A stretch of 64,000 bases of DNA. Source: Dimorphilus gyrociliatus (Eukaryota > Animalia > Annelida). The translations under genes were made by a program, and so were the position numbers. The notes below the pieces were generated by a model. The model worked only from the letters and a program-made list of their open reading frames with translations. It did not search any database and had not been told where the DNA came from. The stretch covers positions 1,791,713 through 1,855,712 of the forward strand of contig CAJFCJ010000004.1 of assembly GCA_904063045.1 (NCBI GenBank). The letters are read 5' to 3'. This document shows positions 1 to 11,288 of the stretch, piece by piece; the stretch's first letter is position 1; every line of letters begins with the position of its first letter.

Positions 1-1
1 C

Positions 2-493
2 GGTTTTCTTAGTGATCGTAAATTCATAAATCGTCTAATGCTGTACAATACAGCCCTCTTTATATGCGGAATAGCCACAGCTTTCTCAACAATCTCATCC
101 GCATATCCTTTCTTAGTTACCTATGCTGTTTTTTTTGGAGTTTTAGTTGGGGTTTATGTATCCCTAACTTCTGTTGTTATTGTCGATCTTCTTGGTCTGG
201 ACAAGCTTAGTGATGCTTTTGGATTAATATTACTATTTCAAGGAGTTGCAACTGTTGCTGGTCCTCCAATTGCTGGATCGATATACGACAAAACTAAATC
301 TTATGTTGGACCTTTCGCTCTAACAGGTGCTATGATAGGAGTATCTGGCTTTATGCTTTATGCTGTTCCGTTTGTAAGGAGGTATATTGACAAGAAAGAA
401 GGCGTAAACGCCAGAGATGTTATGATGGGTATGAGAGTTAGCTCTGACGCCAAGATCGACGGTAACGATGAAGAACAAGAAAAATGCGTATAA
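2..493 (+). CDS. Monocarboxylate transporter (SLC16/MFS) family, terminal coding exon; 5' part lies outside the window
   Basis: Frame is open from position 2 (GFLSDRKFINRLMLYN...) to TAA at 491-493. It has hydrophobic TM helices and MCT C-terminal motifs (VDLLGLDKLSDAFG, GPPIAGSIYD). Confidence 0.85.
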   Translation, partial: GFLSDRKFINRLMLYNTALFICGIATAFSTISSAYPFLVTYAVFFGVLVGVYVSLTSVVIVDLLGLDKLSDAFGLILLFQGVATVAGPPIAGSIYDKTKSYVGPFALTGAMIGVSGFMLYAVPFVRRYIDKKEGVNARDVMMGMRVSSDAKIDGNDEEQEKCV

Positions 494-1443
494 CGTCAGT
501 ATTAGCATATCTACATTTTCCTATTACAAATCTTCATCTTTTAATATTGCAACCTATTTATCAATCTACATGTATACATATTACATGTTTGTAAAATGTA
601 TCTACTTGTATAAAGGATGGAAAGAAGAAGGGTTTTTTTTCCAAATCGATTAAACAACTTAGATTCTCAAATTAAATGCCTATCTAATCAACTCGTATTG
701 TAACATTTATAGAAATAATAAAGTTAAAATATAAAGGAAATAAAACAAATATTTTCATTAAAATATGATTATTATTAATCATTTTTATATCTTTATCATC
801 TTTCTTAAATCTTCTCTCTGTCTTTTTCTTTCAACCTATTTTTCTTTTTGTAGTAAAAGTACTGAAAATAATAAAAAAACACTCGAAATGTTTATTTTTA
901 TATTAATTATGCTATTTCTCTTAATATCTATTGTTTATTGACAATTATTTTACTTTATTCCCAAAAATAACGTTAATTAATTGTAGTTTAAAGAAAAAAG
1001 TTAAATTTTTAACATTCCTTTAGTACCTCTATGCTTCAAGTTGTTCTTAAAATAAATTCAACAACAATCAGAATTGGCTCTATGTTAATGCTCTTAATTA
1101 TTTTGTAGCCATTCGTTTAATGCACAAACTTAGAAAATTAACTGTTTTCTTTTGTTTTTTATAAATTATCTAAAAATAACCCGAGAAGATAGCAGGGATA
1201 TTTTTACAAATTTAATTTTAAATGGAAGTATAGAAGTTCTATTTGAAATATACTTGTTTTCAATTGATTTCAATACAGCTGACTATTTAACGACAATGAG
1301 GAGTCGATTGATTTCGTACCTATTGCCATATTGTTTATATACTATGAAGATACGAAGATAATAGCGTAATAGCAGACGACAAAAATTTAAACTTTCTATA
1401 CCTAGTTTAAAGGAGACTTCTAGCTTTTCTCCTGGAGAAAACT

Positions 1444-4010
1444 ATGAATAAACGAGAGTTAGTTTTATATAGAAGCGATTATATATATATACTATTAATT
1501 CGAAAGATGAACAAATTTCTTACTTTGGATTTAAACTTGATACATAGAAGTCGACTTTGTTTATACTTGAATAGTTTTTTTTTAGATTTCAGTTAATTAA
1601 AGGAAAGAATTAATCAATAATCAGACAAATCGTTTACAAAAATTACGAATATATATATATTCGATCTATAAAAATAAAATAATCTCTTATATAATGTATT
1701 AAGCGTTTTAGCGAGCGAGAGGGAGTATTGAAGTATTACTTAAAGCTTAAAGGTTTTGTCAACACTACTCTGCATTTAAATAAACTATTGATTCAGTTTC
1801 TAATTAATATGTATACAGCATATATATATATATATATATATTTTCGTAAGAAAAACGCAAAGAAAATCAGCTTTATACTATTCATTCCTACAGATGGTAT
1901 CACGGTAACATTGAGGAAGATGAGGCGGAAAAACTGCTATTAAATGAAGGCTCAGATGGATCTTTTTTATGCGCCAGAAATAAATCATTAATCACCTATC
2001 TTTCAATTCGGTAAGTGACTCACATAATTCCATTTAGTTAGTATTTTTTCCAGTTGGAAAATAAATCACCATAATTCATTCTGATAACTACAGTCAAGAC
2101 GACGATGTTACTTCTTACCCTATTTTATTAGAAGGAGCTGAATATCTAATTGACAATTTAAATGATAAAAAATTTCAATCAATTGATGAATTAATTGAAT
2201 TTTATTGTTTCACAATGGAAAAATTAGAATGTGAAACGAATAAAATAGTCAGAATAAAGGAGCCCTTTGTAAATTCTAAACTTCCAACTGAACGGTATTT
2301 ATCATGTACTAGTTTTTTATATTTTAATATATTCCAGATATAATTTCTATTTTAGTTGGTTTCATGGAGTATTATCAGCTTCAGCCGCTACCGAATTACT
2401 AAATAGATCGGATGTAGAAGACAACACTTTTCTTATTCGTTACAGTTCAAGCAACTACGATGATTTTACTCTGTCAGTTAGAAAGCAAGATAAAATTATT
2501 CATTTAAAAATCAAGTATCAGGTAAATACTAAAGAAAGATATACTACATTATACAACAAGCTTTATTTTTATAAAATAGGATGAAGATTATCTTATAGGA
2601 GGAAAAAGATTCTCTACGCTTACTGATTTTGTCGACTATCATCGAGTTTGGGGCTTCGTTTGCAAAGATAGTGAAAGTCCTATACACCTTAATCTCGTAA
2701 TATTTCAATATAAGCGTATATACTGTATAAATTTATACAGTATATATATTATAATATCTATATATCATATTCTTTCAATACCAACAGCCTTATAAGAATA
2801 ATAGAATACTATTGAATATGTTAGACGATAAAGTAAAGGAATTTAGAGATACCGATGACCTACATCTAGAGTTTAAAGTGAGAGAGAGAGTCTTTTTAAT
2901 CATTAATTTAGAGTTAAATTTAAAGTACTTTTTTTGGTGTTCTATATTAAAATAAACTGATAAGTATACATAAACAGTATATATATATATAAACAGGAAA
3001 TCGGTCGTGTCAACTTTGAGAATTTAACAACAGACGAAGGAAAAAAATTGTGTAATAAAAGTAAAAATAGATACAAAAATGTTCTACCAATTGATTTAAC
3101 AAGGGTAAAATTAACCTCCAATTCGAAAGAGAAGCAAAATGAAGGCGATTATATAAATGCTAATTACATAAAGGTTCCATTTATTGATGTACGACTAAAA
3201 CTTCCATTGTTAATTAATATCATACTTTTATTGTTCATAGGCTAACATATGTACTAATAAAGCGGTTAGTCGCTTAATGAATAATTGTACAAGTACACTT
3301 GAGGATTATAGATCTCATGAAATTCCCACTTTTATTGCAACTCAAGGCTGTCTACCTCATACTATTGAAGATTTTTGGACAATGATTTGGAATGAGAATA
3401 CTCGTCTTATTGTTATGTTAACTAAGGAAAAGGATGGACAAAAGGTTTATTCCTCTTACAATACATGTAAATATTGAATATTCTAAATATTGCCTTTTTG
3501 TTTTATTTAAAGAAAAAGTGTGCGGTCTATTGGCCTATTGAAATTCAAGATACAAAATGTTTTAGCGATATTAAAATTCAGCTGTTGGAAGAGAATAATG
3601 ATAAAGCTTTTACTGTTCGATCTATAAAAATTATTAAAGATGAAGAAGAACGTCTTGTTCAGCAATTTCAATTTAAAGGGTGGCCCGATCACGGAATCTT
3701 GGAATATACTGAAATTGTTCAACTTATAGAGGATATGAGAGCGGAAAGAGCTAAAACGCCCCAAGCAGGTCCAGTCGTTGTACATTGTAGTGCAGGAATA
3801 GGAAGAACTGGGACTATTATTGCAATTCAAATTCTCCTCGATCAAATAGAGGCGGGAGCTCAATCGATAGACGTTCAAAACGTTGTTATAGGTCTTCGAT
3901 CGCAAAGGCAAAATATGGTACAAACTTCCGAACAGTATAGATTAATCTACGAAGCTGTCAATCAATGGACAATCGATAAAAATGAATCAAAGAATACAGA
4001 GGATAACTGA
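1444..4010 (+). CDS. PTPN11: SHP2/corkscrew-like tyrosine phosphatase (SH2-SH2-PTP), 9 exons
   Basis: Exons 1444-1457, 1894-2010, 2094-2294, 2356-2521, 2580-2696, 2788-2877, 2997-3173, 3241-3444 and 3513-4010 splice in frame via GT-AG. Two SH2 domains (WYHGNI, WFHGVL) and PTP motifs [19 protein letters not shown] and MVQT..QY are present. The first exon is inferred. It is a divergent family member and may be a paralog rather than the ortholog. Confidence 0.8.
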
Positions 4011-4477
4011 TAAAGAAAAGAGTAAAGGACAATAGAGCTTTAATCTTTTCTTAAAACACGTAGTAACACCACCGTTTTAAAATATTTCATTTGTTTTTTC
4101 TTTTACAAACAGTACTTTTTCGTAAAAGTAAGCTTTCTTTTATAAATTATTTACACAAGATATTTATAGAAATATGGCCCAAGTGTAAATTTTTTGTTAT
4201 ATTAAACAATTAATGCCAATCTTTGTTAAAGTTTTCCTTTTTTTTCTATTTATTAACAGATTTCAAAATTTTTCAATGAAAAAAATATCTATTTATTATT
4301 TTTTCCATAAAAACATTGTTGTATTGTTGGGTTTTAAAAGATAAAAATAAGTAATAAACTGATAGAGTAATACCACATCATTCTTTTGTAAGTTTATCAT
4401 TAATATGACAATTTTTAAATATTTAAACGTTGATTTTTTCATTTTCTTTTGAGGAGGTAAATACTTACTATTTCGAA

Positions 4478-6557
4478 TTAAGCTGATATATGTTGAGGTG
4501 CTCTTATCTTCCTTTCTACACCAGCTATATATTTTTCATGTAGGCCTAACTCTCTGTTGTTTAGAAAAATAATTTTATTAATGTTATTATCTAATAATTA
4601 TAGAGACTATTTTCTTACCTGAGTTGCTGTAGTTTTTCTTCTTTGAGAGCATCCAATCTTGCTCTTCTTGCTTTCGCTTCACTATCCAACTGTACGCCTT
4701 CTTCGAAGAAAGCATTTCTTTGGGCAATTCTTTCGTTTTCCTTTTGTCTGATTTGATGACGAACATCTTCCGCAAACTTTTTTCTACTCTTATGAACCTC
4801 CTGTTCCTGTCGAATCTCTTTCTCTTGTAGCTCTCTTTGAGCTCGTAATACTCTTTCAAAATCTGCTCTTTCACGTTGAGCTTGAACTGCTGCATGACGT
4901 TCTCTAGCTTCCAATTGCTCTCTTCTAGCTTCTGCTAACATAGCTTGTGTCTTAGCCGTTTTCTCAGCTGCTTCTGCCTCCTTTTGACGCCACTGTCTCT
5001 CTGCAGCCTCTTGAGCTCTTTTCGCACGGAGAGCGTCCATTTCAGCTTTTTTGTCTTGCTCTCTTTCTTGCATAGCTCTCAATCGGGCGACTTCTCTTTC
5101 TTTTTCTAACCTTACTCTCTCTTGTTCCGCTTCCAGGGCAGCTTCTCTCTCTGCCTTTTCCTGTTGAAACCTCCTAACTTGTTCCTCCAGGGCTCTTTCT
5201 CTATCCTTTTCTTTTACCTTTCTAGTTAACAATTCACGATTTCCTTTGTCCAATTCTTCTCGTAGTTGTATCTGGCGTTCTCTTAGCCGTTCCATCTCTT
5301 CCCTCTCCTCAACGCACATTTTCTCATTGTGAGCATTAATTGCTCTACATTCGGCATCTTTTCTTTCCATTTCTAACAGTTTTTCTTGTTCGTTTAGAGC
5401 GATCTGTTCCAGCAATCTGTTGGCTCCTATCAACTGTTGTTCCTTTCTCTTATGAGAAATCTCTTCTTCCATTTTTAATTGCAACTGTCTATCTTTTTCC
5501 ATCATCATATCCAGTCTCTTTTCCTCCTCGTGCATCTCTTTTTCCATAATTTTCTTCTCGGTGATCTGAGCATCTCGAATGGCATGACATTTAGCATTTA
5601 AAATCAATTCGTTGAGATATTTTATCTCATCTTCTTGTTCTTGACGAAGTCTTTCTGCCTTTGCTAAAAGATTCTGAGAATTTGCAATAGCTTCTTCTTC
5701 TATTTCTGATAGTGCTTCATTTTTTACACGAGCAGCATCGTGTTCGGCCATTTTGGCTTTTCTACTCAAAACTTCATCTTGAAGTTCTTCTTTTCTTCTC
5801 TTCATCATTTCTAACTGCGCTTGTCTTTCTTCCATTGTGAGAACCCTGGATGCGCGTAATAAACGATGTAAATCCTCTCGAGTAATCACAATAGATCTTC
5901 CAGAAGGATCTTCATTTGGAACTCTTGGAACGGATAAATGGTTAAGCCATTACTATTACTTTAGACTATTTAGAGCCTAGTACTCACATAAGGTTCCTGA
6001 TGAGATCCTTAGTAACGATACGAACTGTTTCCTTTTTGTTTTTTCGGCCACCACTCCTTTTGGCACTTCTTTCACTTGCAGCCTTCTCTAAGGGCTGAAT
6101 AAAGTACACATTAAAAGGAGAATATAAAGATTTCATAATAGTTACCGTTGTTTCTTTCACGCTACCGTCATTATTCCATTTTCCTTCTAGCATAGATCGT
6201 CTTTGGATTGTGCTGTTTCTTTCTCCAAAGAGTGATTCGTCCACTTGAGAAGTATGAGCAACTTTATGATAAGTTTTTGTTCTTGCTCTCGAAGCTTTGG
6301 ATCCTATTGAGCCAGCCTGACTTACTGTGCCACTAGCGGTACTTCCGGGCTATGAAACAAGATAGTCTTAATATATTACTATGTTCTTGACGTAATTCCT
6401 TAAATAATAAATATTATATCCGCATGAGATCGAGAGCTATCTTATCATAAAGAAATTTATCAATTAGAAAAGAGTGTCAAACTTTACAATTGTCGTTACC
6501 TTTGGCTTAAGCATATTTATTACATGTTAGTTATACATTTTTAGACAAACTTACCAT
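4478..6557 (-). CDS. CFAP45: Cilia- and flagella-associated protein 45 (CCDC19)
   Basis: ATG-only first exon (ATG|GTAAGT at 6557-6555), then MPGSTASG...SQVDESLFG...ITKDLIRNL|IVPNEDPSG, a long coiled-coil exon (the 4615-5889 ORF) and a last exon ELGLHEKYIAGVERK...* ending at 4478. These match recalled CFAP45 motifs. Confidence 0.9.
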
Positions 6558-6619
6558 ATTTAAGGAGAAAGCAGGCAGTTATCGAATAGTAAGCAAGTTG
6601 TTCAATTTATAAATAAGCT

Positions 6620-6634
6620 GTTGCTAAGGACGAC
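6620..6634. promoter_or_regulatory. Putative RFX X-box upstream of CFAP45
   Basis: GTTGCTAAGGACGAC (reverse complement GTCGTCCTTAGCAAC) resembles the X-box. It lies about 65 bp upstream of the start codon of a ciliary gene. Confidence 0.45.
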
Positions 6635-7426
6635 TTGTAGTCTTCGTATTATATACACGCCATTCCAAATAACTTATTTAATTATTATTTAGTAAAACTT
6701 ATGGGAGATTTTTAGTTAAGAGATCTTTAATACAAAACATTTGAAATTTGTATTTACAGTTTTGTACGAAAATAATCACCCAAAATGAACAGTCCTAAAT
6801 TGAAGTTCTTCTATTTAATTTTTTTTCACAATTTTATCTAAATTTTAATTTTAATCTTAACATTCTTATTTCACGAATAATTTCTTTATCTCCTTAAGAT
6901 AATAAGAAATAAAGATTAAATTATTTAACTTGCAGATTTTTAAATATTAGAAATCATACGTATTTTTGAAAGTTTGTGGAAAAAGCCTAGACTAAAATTT
7001 ACTTCATAAATAGTATTTTATTAATAACGAATACTAGAAATGCTTTATTACCATATAAACTTGGATAAAAATATTAAATCCTTTATTTTATAAGAATAAC
7101 TGTAATTGGAGATGAAAAAACAGATAAAGCGACGGGAAAGCATGTAGTCCTTATTAATAAATAAATTTTCCGTTAGAATTTTCAATTAAGAGTGTATAAT
7201 TCTATTAAAAGTGAAATATAAATTAACTTTTTAATTTATTTGTAGGTTTATAACTCGGCGCTATAAAACTGTAGGAAACACGAAATAAATTGTCCAATGA
7301 GCTGTCGACGATTTCGTTTCTGCTGTAGTGTTTTTCTGTGGTACCGCTCTATACCAAAATTGTTAGATTATCGCCCAGAAGCTCAGTCATTCTAAATATA
7401 TTGTATAAATATATTTCAAGCCAATC

Positions 7427-8348
7427 ATGGAATGTGTAATTGGAATTAAGGGAAAGGATTTCATTCTGTTAGCTTCTGATATGACATCTGGAAGAAGCAT
7501 CATGAGAATGAAAAATGGTATAAAAATTGTTTTATTATGCTTCGTCATGCGGCCTTTTACATTTGAAATTCGGGTGAAATAAAAGGTTCTTTTTGACACA
7601 GATCAAGACAAAATGTACCAATTAAGCGACAAACTCGTTATGGCCACTGTTGGAGAAGCTGGCGATGCTACACAATTCTCAGAATATATAGCTAAAAATG
7701 TTCAGTTGTACAAAATGAGAAATGGTTTGTGTAAAATTTCATATCGATATGTATTTTTGAAATATATTTACTTTTAGGTTATGATTTGTCACCAAATGCT
7801 GCATGTTGCTTTACAAGAAAAATGCTGGCCGATTACTTGCGTAGTCAGGTATAAAACATTTGTCACAGAATCAAATAACTTTATTATAATACAATTATCT
7901 TTCTGTTAGACACCATACCAAGTAAACGTTCTTTTAGCCGGTTACGACGTGACTGAAGGTCCCGAATTATACTACCTGGACTATTTGGCATCTTCAAACA
8001 AACTTCCTTTTGCAGTACACGGCTATGGGTCTTTCTTTACACTTTCAGTACTCGATCGCTTTTATAAAGATAGTAAGTAACGAATTATGAAACAATGACT
8101 TAAATTAAACTACCTCATTTCTTAGACCTTTCCGAAGATGAAGCTGTGGAATTGTTAAAGAAATGCTTAAACGAAGTATTATAATAACTCTTAAATTTTC
8201 TCTTAACAACAATTAATTCTTTGTTTTTCTTTTCAAGATTCAAACGAGATTTATCGTAAACCTCGGTTCATTCAAAGTTCGTTTCATTTCTAAAGATGGC
8301 GTAAAGGATGCTGGATCCGTTAAAGCGACTAATGCAATGGAACAATAA
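7427..8348 (+). CDS. PSMB2: Proteasome subunit beta type-2, 6 exons
   Basis: Spliced translation [18 protein letters not shown]...[30 protein letters not shown]...[13 protein letters not shown]...[16 protein letters not shown]...RFIVNL matches PSMB2. Approximate exons: 7427-7517, 7602-7724, 7777-7848, 7910-8072, 8125-8174, 8238-8348. Confidence 0.95.
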
Positions 8349-9054
8349 ATTATAATCACATAAACGATGTTAAATTTTTATGTATAATTTTATTAAAAAT
8401 ATACTTAAAAAGACTTTTCCAAAAAAGAAAGAAAAGATAAACAATCATTTTTAGTAACCTTTACTTTGGTAATACCGCATTGTCAATAATTTAAATGGAA
8501 GAGGCAAGACAGTAAATCATAGAAAGCAGCCGTCGGTGGTACAATATTAATTTTTAAAAAGTCACCTGCTGGGTGCTTGAACAAAGCTTTGTTCCAAAGC
8601 TCTTTTTGTATCCAGTCTTAGATTATTCTTGTGAAAGAATACGAAATTGTTCTCAACATTTCTTATGAATGGAAATAAATATTACATATTTATCGGCAAC
8701 TTATAAGTTTAGTTTGAAAAGTAAGGTAAATTTCTTTGAAAAATTAAATCGTAAAAATAAGAACTCTTTCGATAAACTTTCGATTATTTATATCTTAAAA
8801 GTATTCAACAAACCTTTTAGCGTTTTATCACGCAATTAGCAAGTTTGAAGAATATAAAATCGTTTAAGCGATATCGATATAAGGTCAGATCGAATCGATT
8901 TTTGAAGGTCATATCTAGATTTTCTACATTTAAACAAAAGCCATTTTATTTGTGGTTAGTTGAGTGATATATTAAAAATATAAGAAACTGTATGAAAGCA
9001 TATAAATATATAGAATATTTAGGCTAAAAATAACGCTCTGAAAAATTAATTGGA

Positions 9055-9348
9055 ATGGGACATATACAAAGCCAATATGCCGAAACGGCTACTAAGAAGT
9101 TTCCCCATTACGAAACCTATGCTAAATGTCAATCAGCAGCGTTTGTTTCTGGTATGATATCTTTAGTATGTGGAGTTTCTGGTATATATGTTGCTCAAGA
9201 AATTTTTAGAAAGTTTCAACCTATGCCAACAAAAGCAATCCTCTTTGCCCCTGTATTAGGAGGGTCCGCACTTGGATACATTGTAACAAAGAGAAAAACA
9301 AAAGCTTGTCAAAATATGTGGATAGCGTTGGAGGAAAAGAATGAATAG
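9055..9348 (+). CDS. TMEM141: Transmembrane protein 141, intronless
   Basis: 97 aa with two TM helices; motifs YAKCQSAAF and CQNMWIALE match recalled TMEM141 (YAACQSHAF, CNNLWLFLE). Confidence 0.85.
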   Translation: MGHIQSQYAETATKKFPHYETYAKCQSAAFVSGMISLVCGVSGIYVAQEIFRKFQPMPTKAILFAPVLGGSALGYIVTKRKTKACQNMWIALEEKNE

Positions 9349-10415
9349 CACTAATAATTTATATAACCTTATAAATCGACATCGTTCATGAAAAATAGAG
9401 TGTCTAACGCTTTCATGTTTCGTTTATGGTAATAGAAGGGACTTTGTGATGGATCGAAAAAGCTACTCCCCCACTTTTACTTTTGTTCTATTTACAAAAG
9501 AGAGAAATTAACAAATGTTCTAAGTTGTATTGCGTAACAACAATGATCGTCGTACAATATAAAGAATCGAAGGAAAAAATAATTAATAAATTTAATTAGA
9601 AAGGCCGTTTAAAAATTGTAAACATCGTTGATATTGTTGATATTTCAAACCTTCGACTTTTCACACTATAGAACGGTCCACTAATAAGTTAATTTTAGAC
9701 CATTCCATCAGTGCCAAAAGTAAAAGAATTTGATTGATATTGTTAATAGAGTACATCTGTAGTAGAAGTTTTACAACTTGGTGGACCATGGATGATTTAC
9801 CTGCAAATAAAAAGAAAAGCAAAAATGTAGATTGTGTATTTTCATAATTATCAATTAGACTAGCTAAAAATGTAATTATCTACAATTAGTTCGTAACGAC
9901 GCTTTTTATTTTACATCGATTTTCTTCTGCCAAATCGCATGTAGGAAATATCACAAGTAGTTTTTATCATATAGAATTATATATACTCTACTTATTAATT
10001 ATTCGTCAACGTTGGCGGTTGTCGATTTTTGATTTGAAATTTATTATTTTTTTCAAGTTGTTTGAATATATTTCTAGAGGTTTTAATTTGAAATTAAGAA
10101 AGATAGAAACACTAGAAAGACTTAATAAATTAAAAATTAACTTATTTCATTTTATTATTCTCTAATTTAGATTTGATTAAGCATTTTGTTGCTTTTCTAT
10201 CATTGTTATTTATTATAATATTTCGTTGATAAATTACTTTACCTGAATTGTAGAGGAATAATGATTTTCTAATTATTTTATTAATATGTTATAATTTATA
10301 CTTACAATTTTTGTCAACAAAAAAATGATCAGTTTTCATGTAATTTCTTCCAAACTGTCCACATTGCTTTATGTTAACTGTGCTCTCTATTTCTTATTTA
10401 CTTCTGTCTCTTGCC

Positions 10416-10439
10416 CTATCTATCTATCTATCTATCTAT
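10416..10439. repeat. (CTAT)6 microsatellite
   Basis: Read directly from the sequence. Confidence 0.9.
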
Positions 10440-11288
10440 TTTTATTCCTTTCTTTCTGTCTATCTCTAAAAGACAGAAAGAGATTTCTCGGTGTCTTTAC
10501 CTAGCTGGCTATCAACGATTTTTGCTGGAGTTAGGGTAGGAGAAAAAATTTCACTCTTCTAGTTAGAACATGTTACTGCAAAACAACCCCATTCAGAAGT
10601 TTGTATAACAAAAGGTAGCTATTCAACTGGGAAGCAGTTTTGCAGTTGGTCGATGAAAGCTTGAAAAGCTCGATTGTTCGTTGGCGGATATAGCTTGTTG
10701 CTGCATAGAGAGCGTCGCTGGCCGAGACTCGAGCATGAATGACAGAACAGAACGCGTGACAACGAAATATGCATGAATTTCTTATGAACGCCGACTACAT
10801 AACGCTTTATTTATATCGGAGCTGCTAGTTATTCAGAGTCTTTATTAAACTCCTATAGAAATGTGACTTAGGCCTAATATGTGCCTCAACAGGTTTATTC
10901 TAATATTTAAGCGATCGCGTCTTCAAGAAACAATACGTTGGGAACGCCCCTGAAAAATGTATAAGATCCGTCTTTTGTTTTATTGGACAATAAGACAGTC
11001 GATTGTATTCGTTCTAGCGAATAATTATTCGAATATTAAACTGGTGGATAAATTGATTTCAAGCTTTCACTACTGTATTTATTATTATTATTACATTGCT
11101 CTATCCTTCAATTCCCAAATACTACTAACAGACTATATAAAACAATAGAAAGTTGCTTTCTTTTTTTTTGGCACTTGAATAGTTTCTCGTATAAAATAAA
11201 AATAGTAAAATATACACGCAAACAAAAATGCTCTATATACTGTATATATAAATAAAAATATGTTTTTGGTTCCTCCAAAAGTCTTTTT

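Noticed and set aside
4615-5889. Repetitive E/R/K/Q-rich long ORF
   Set aside because: It is explained by the CFAP45 coiled coil, not by a repeat element or transposon.
8460-8700. Slightly GC-richer patch with the 14-bp palindrome AACAAAGCTTTGTT (8580-8593) between PSMB2 and TMEM141
   Set aside because: No ATG-initiated ORF, consistent splice chain or RNA family motif was found on either strand.
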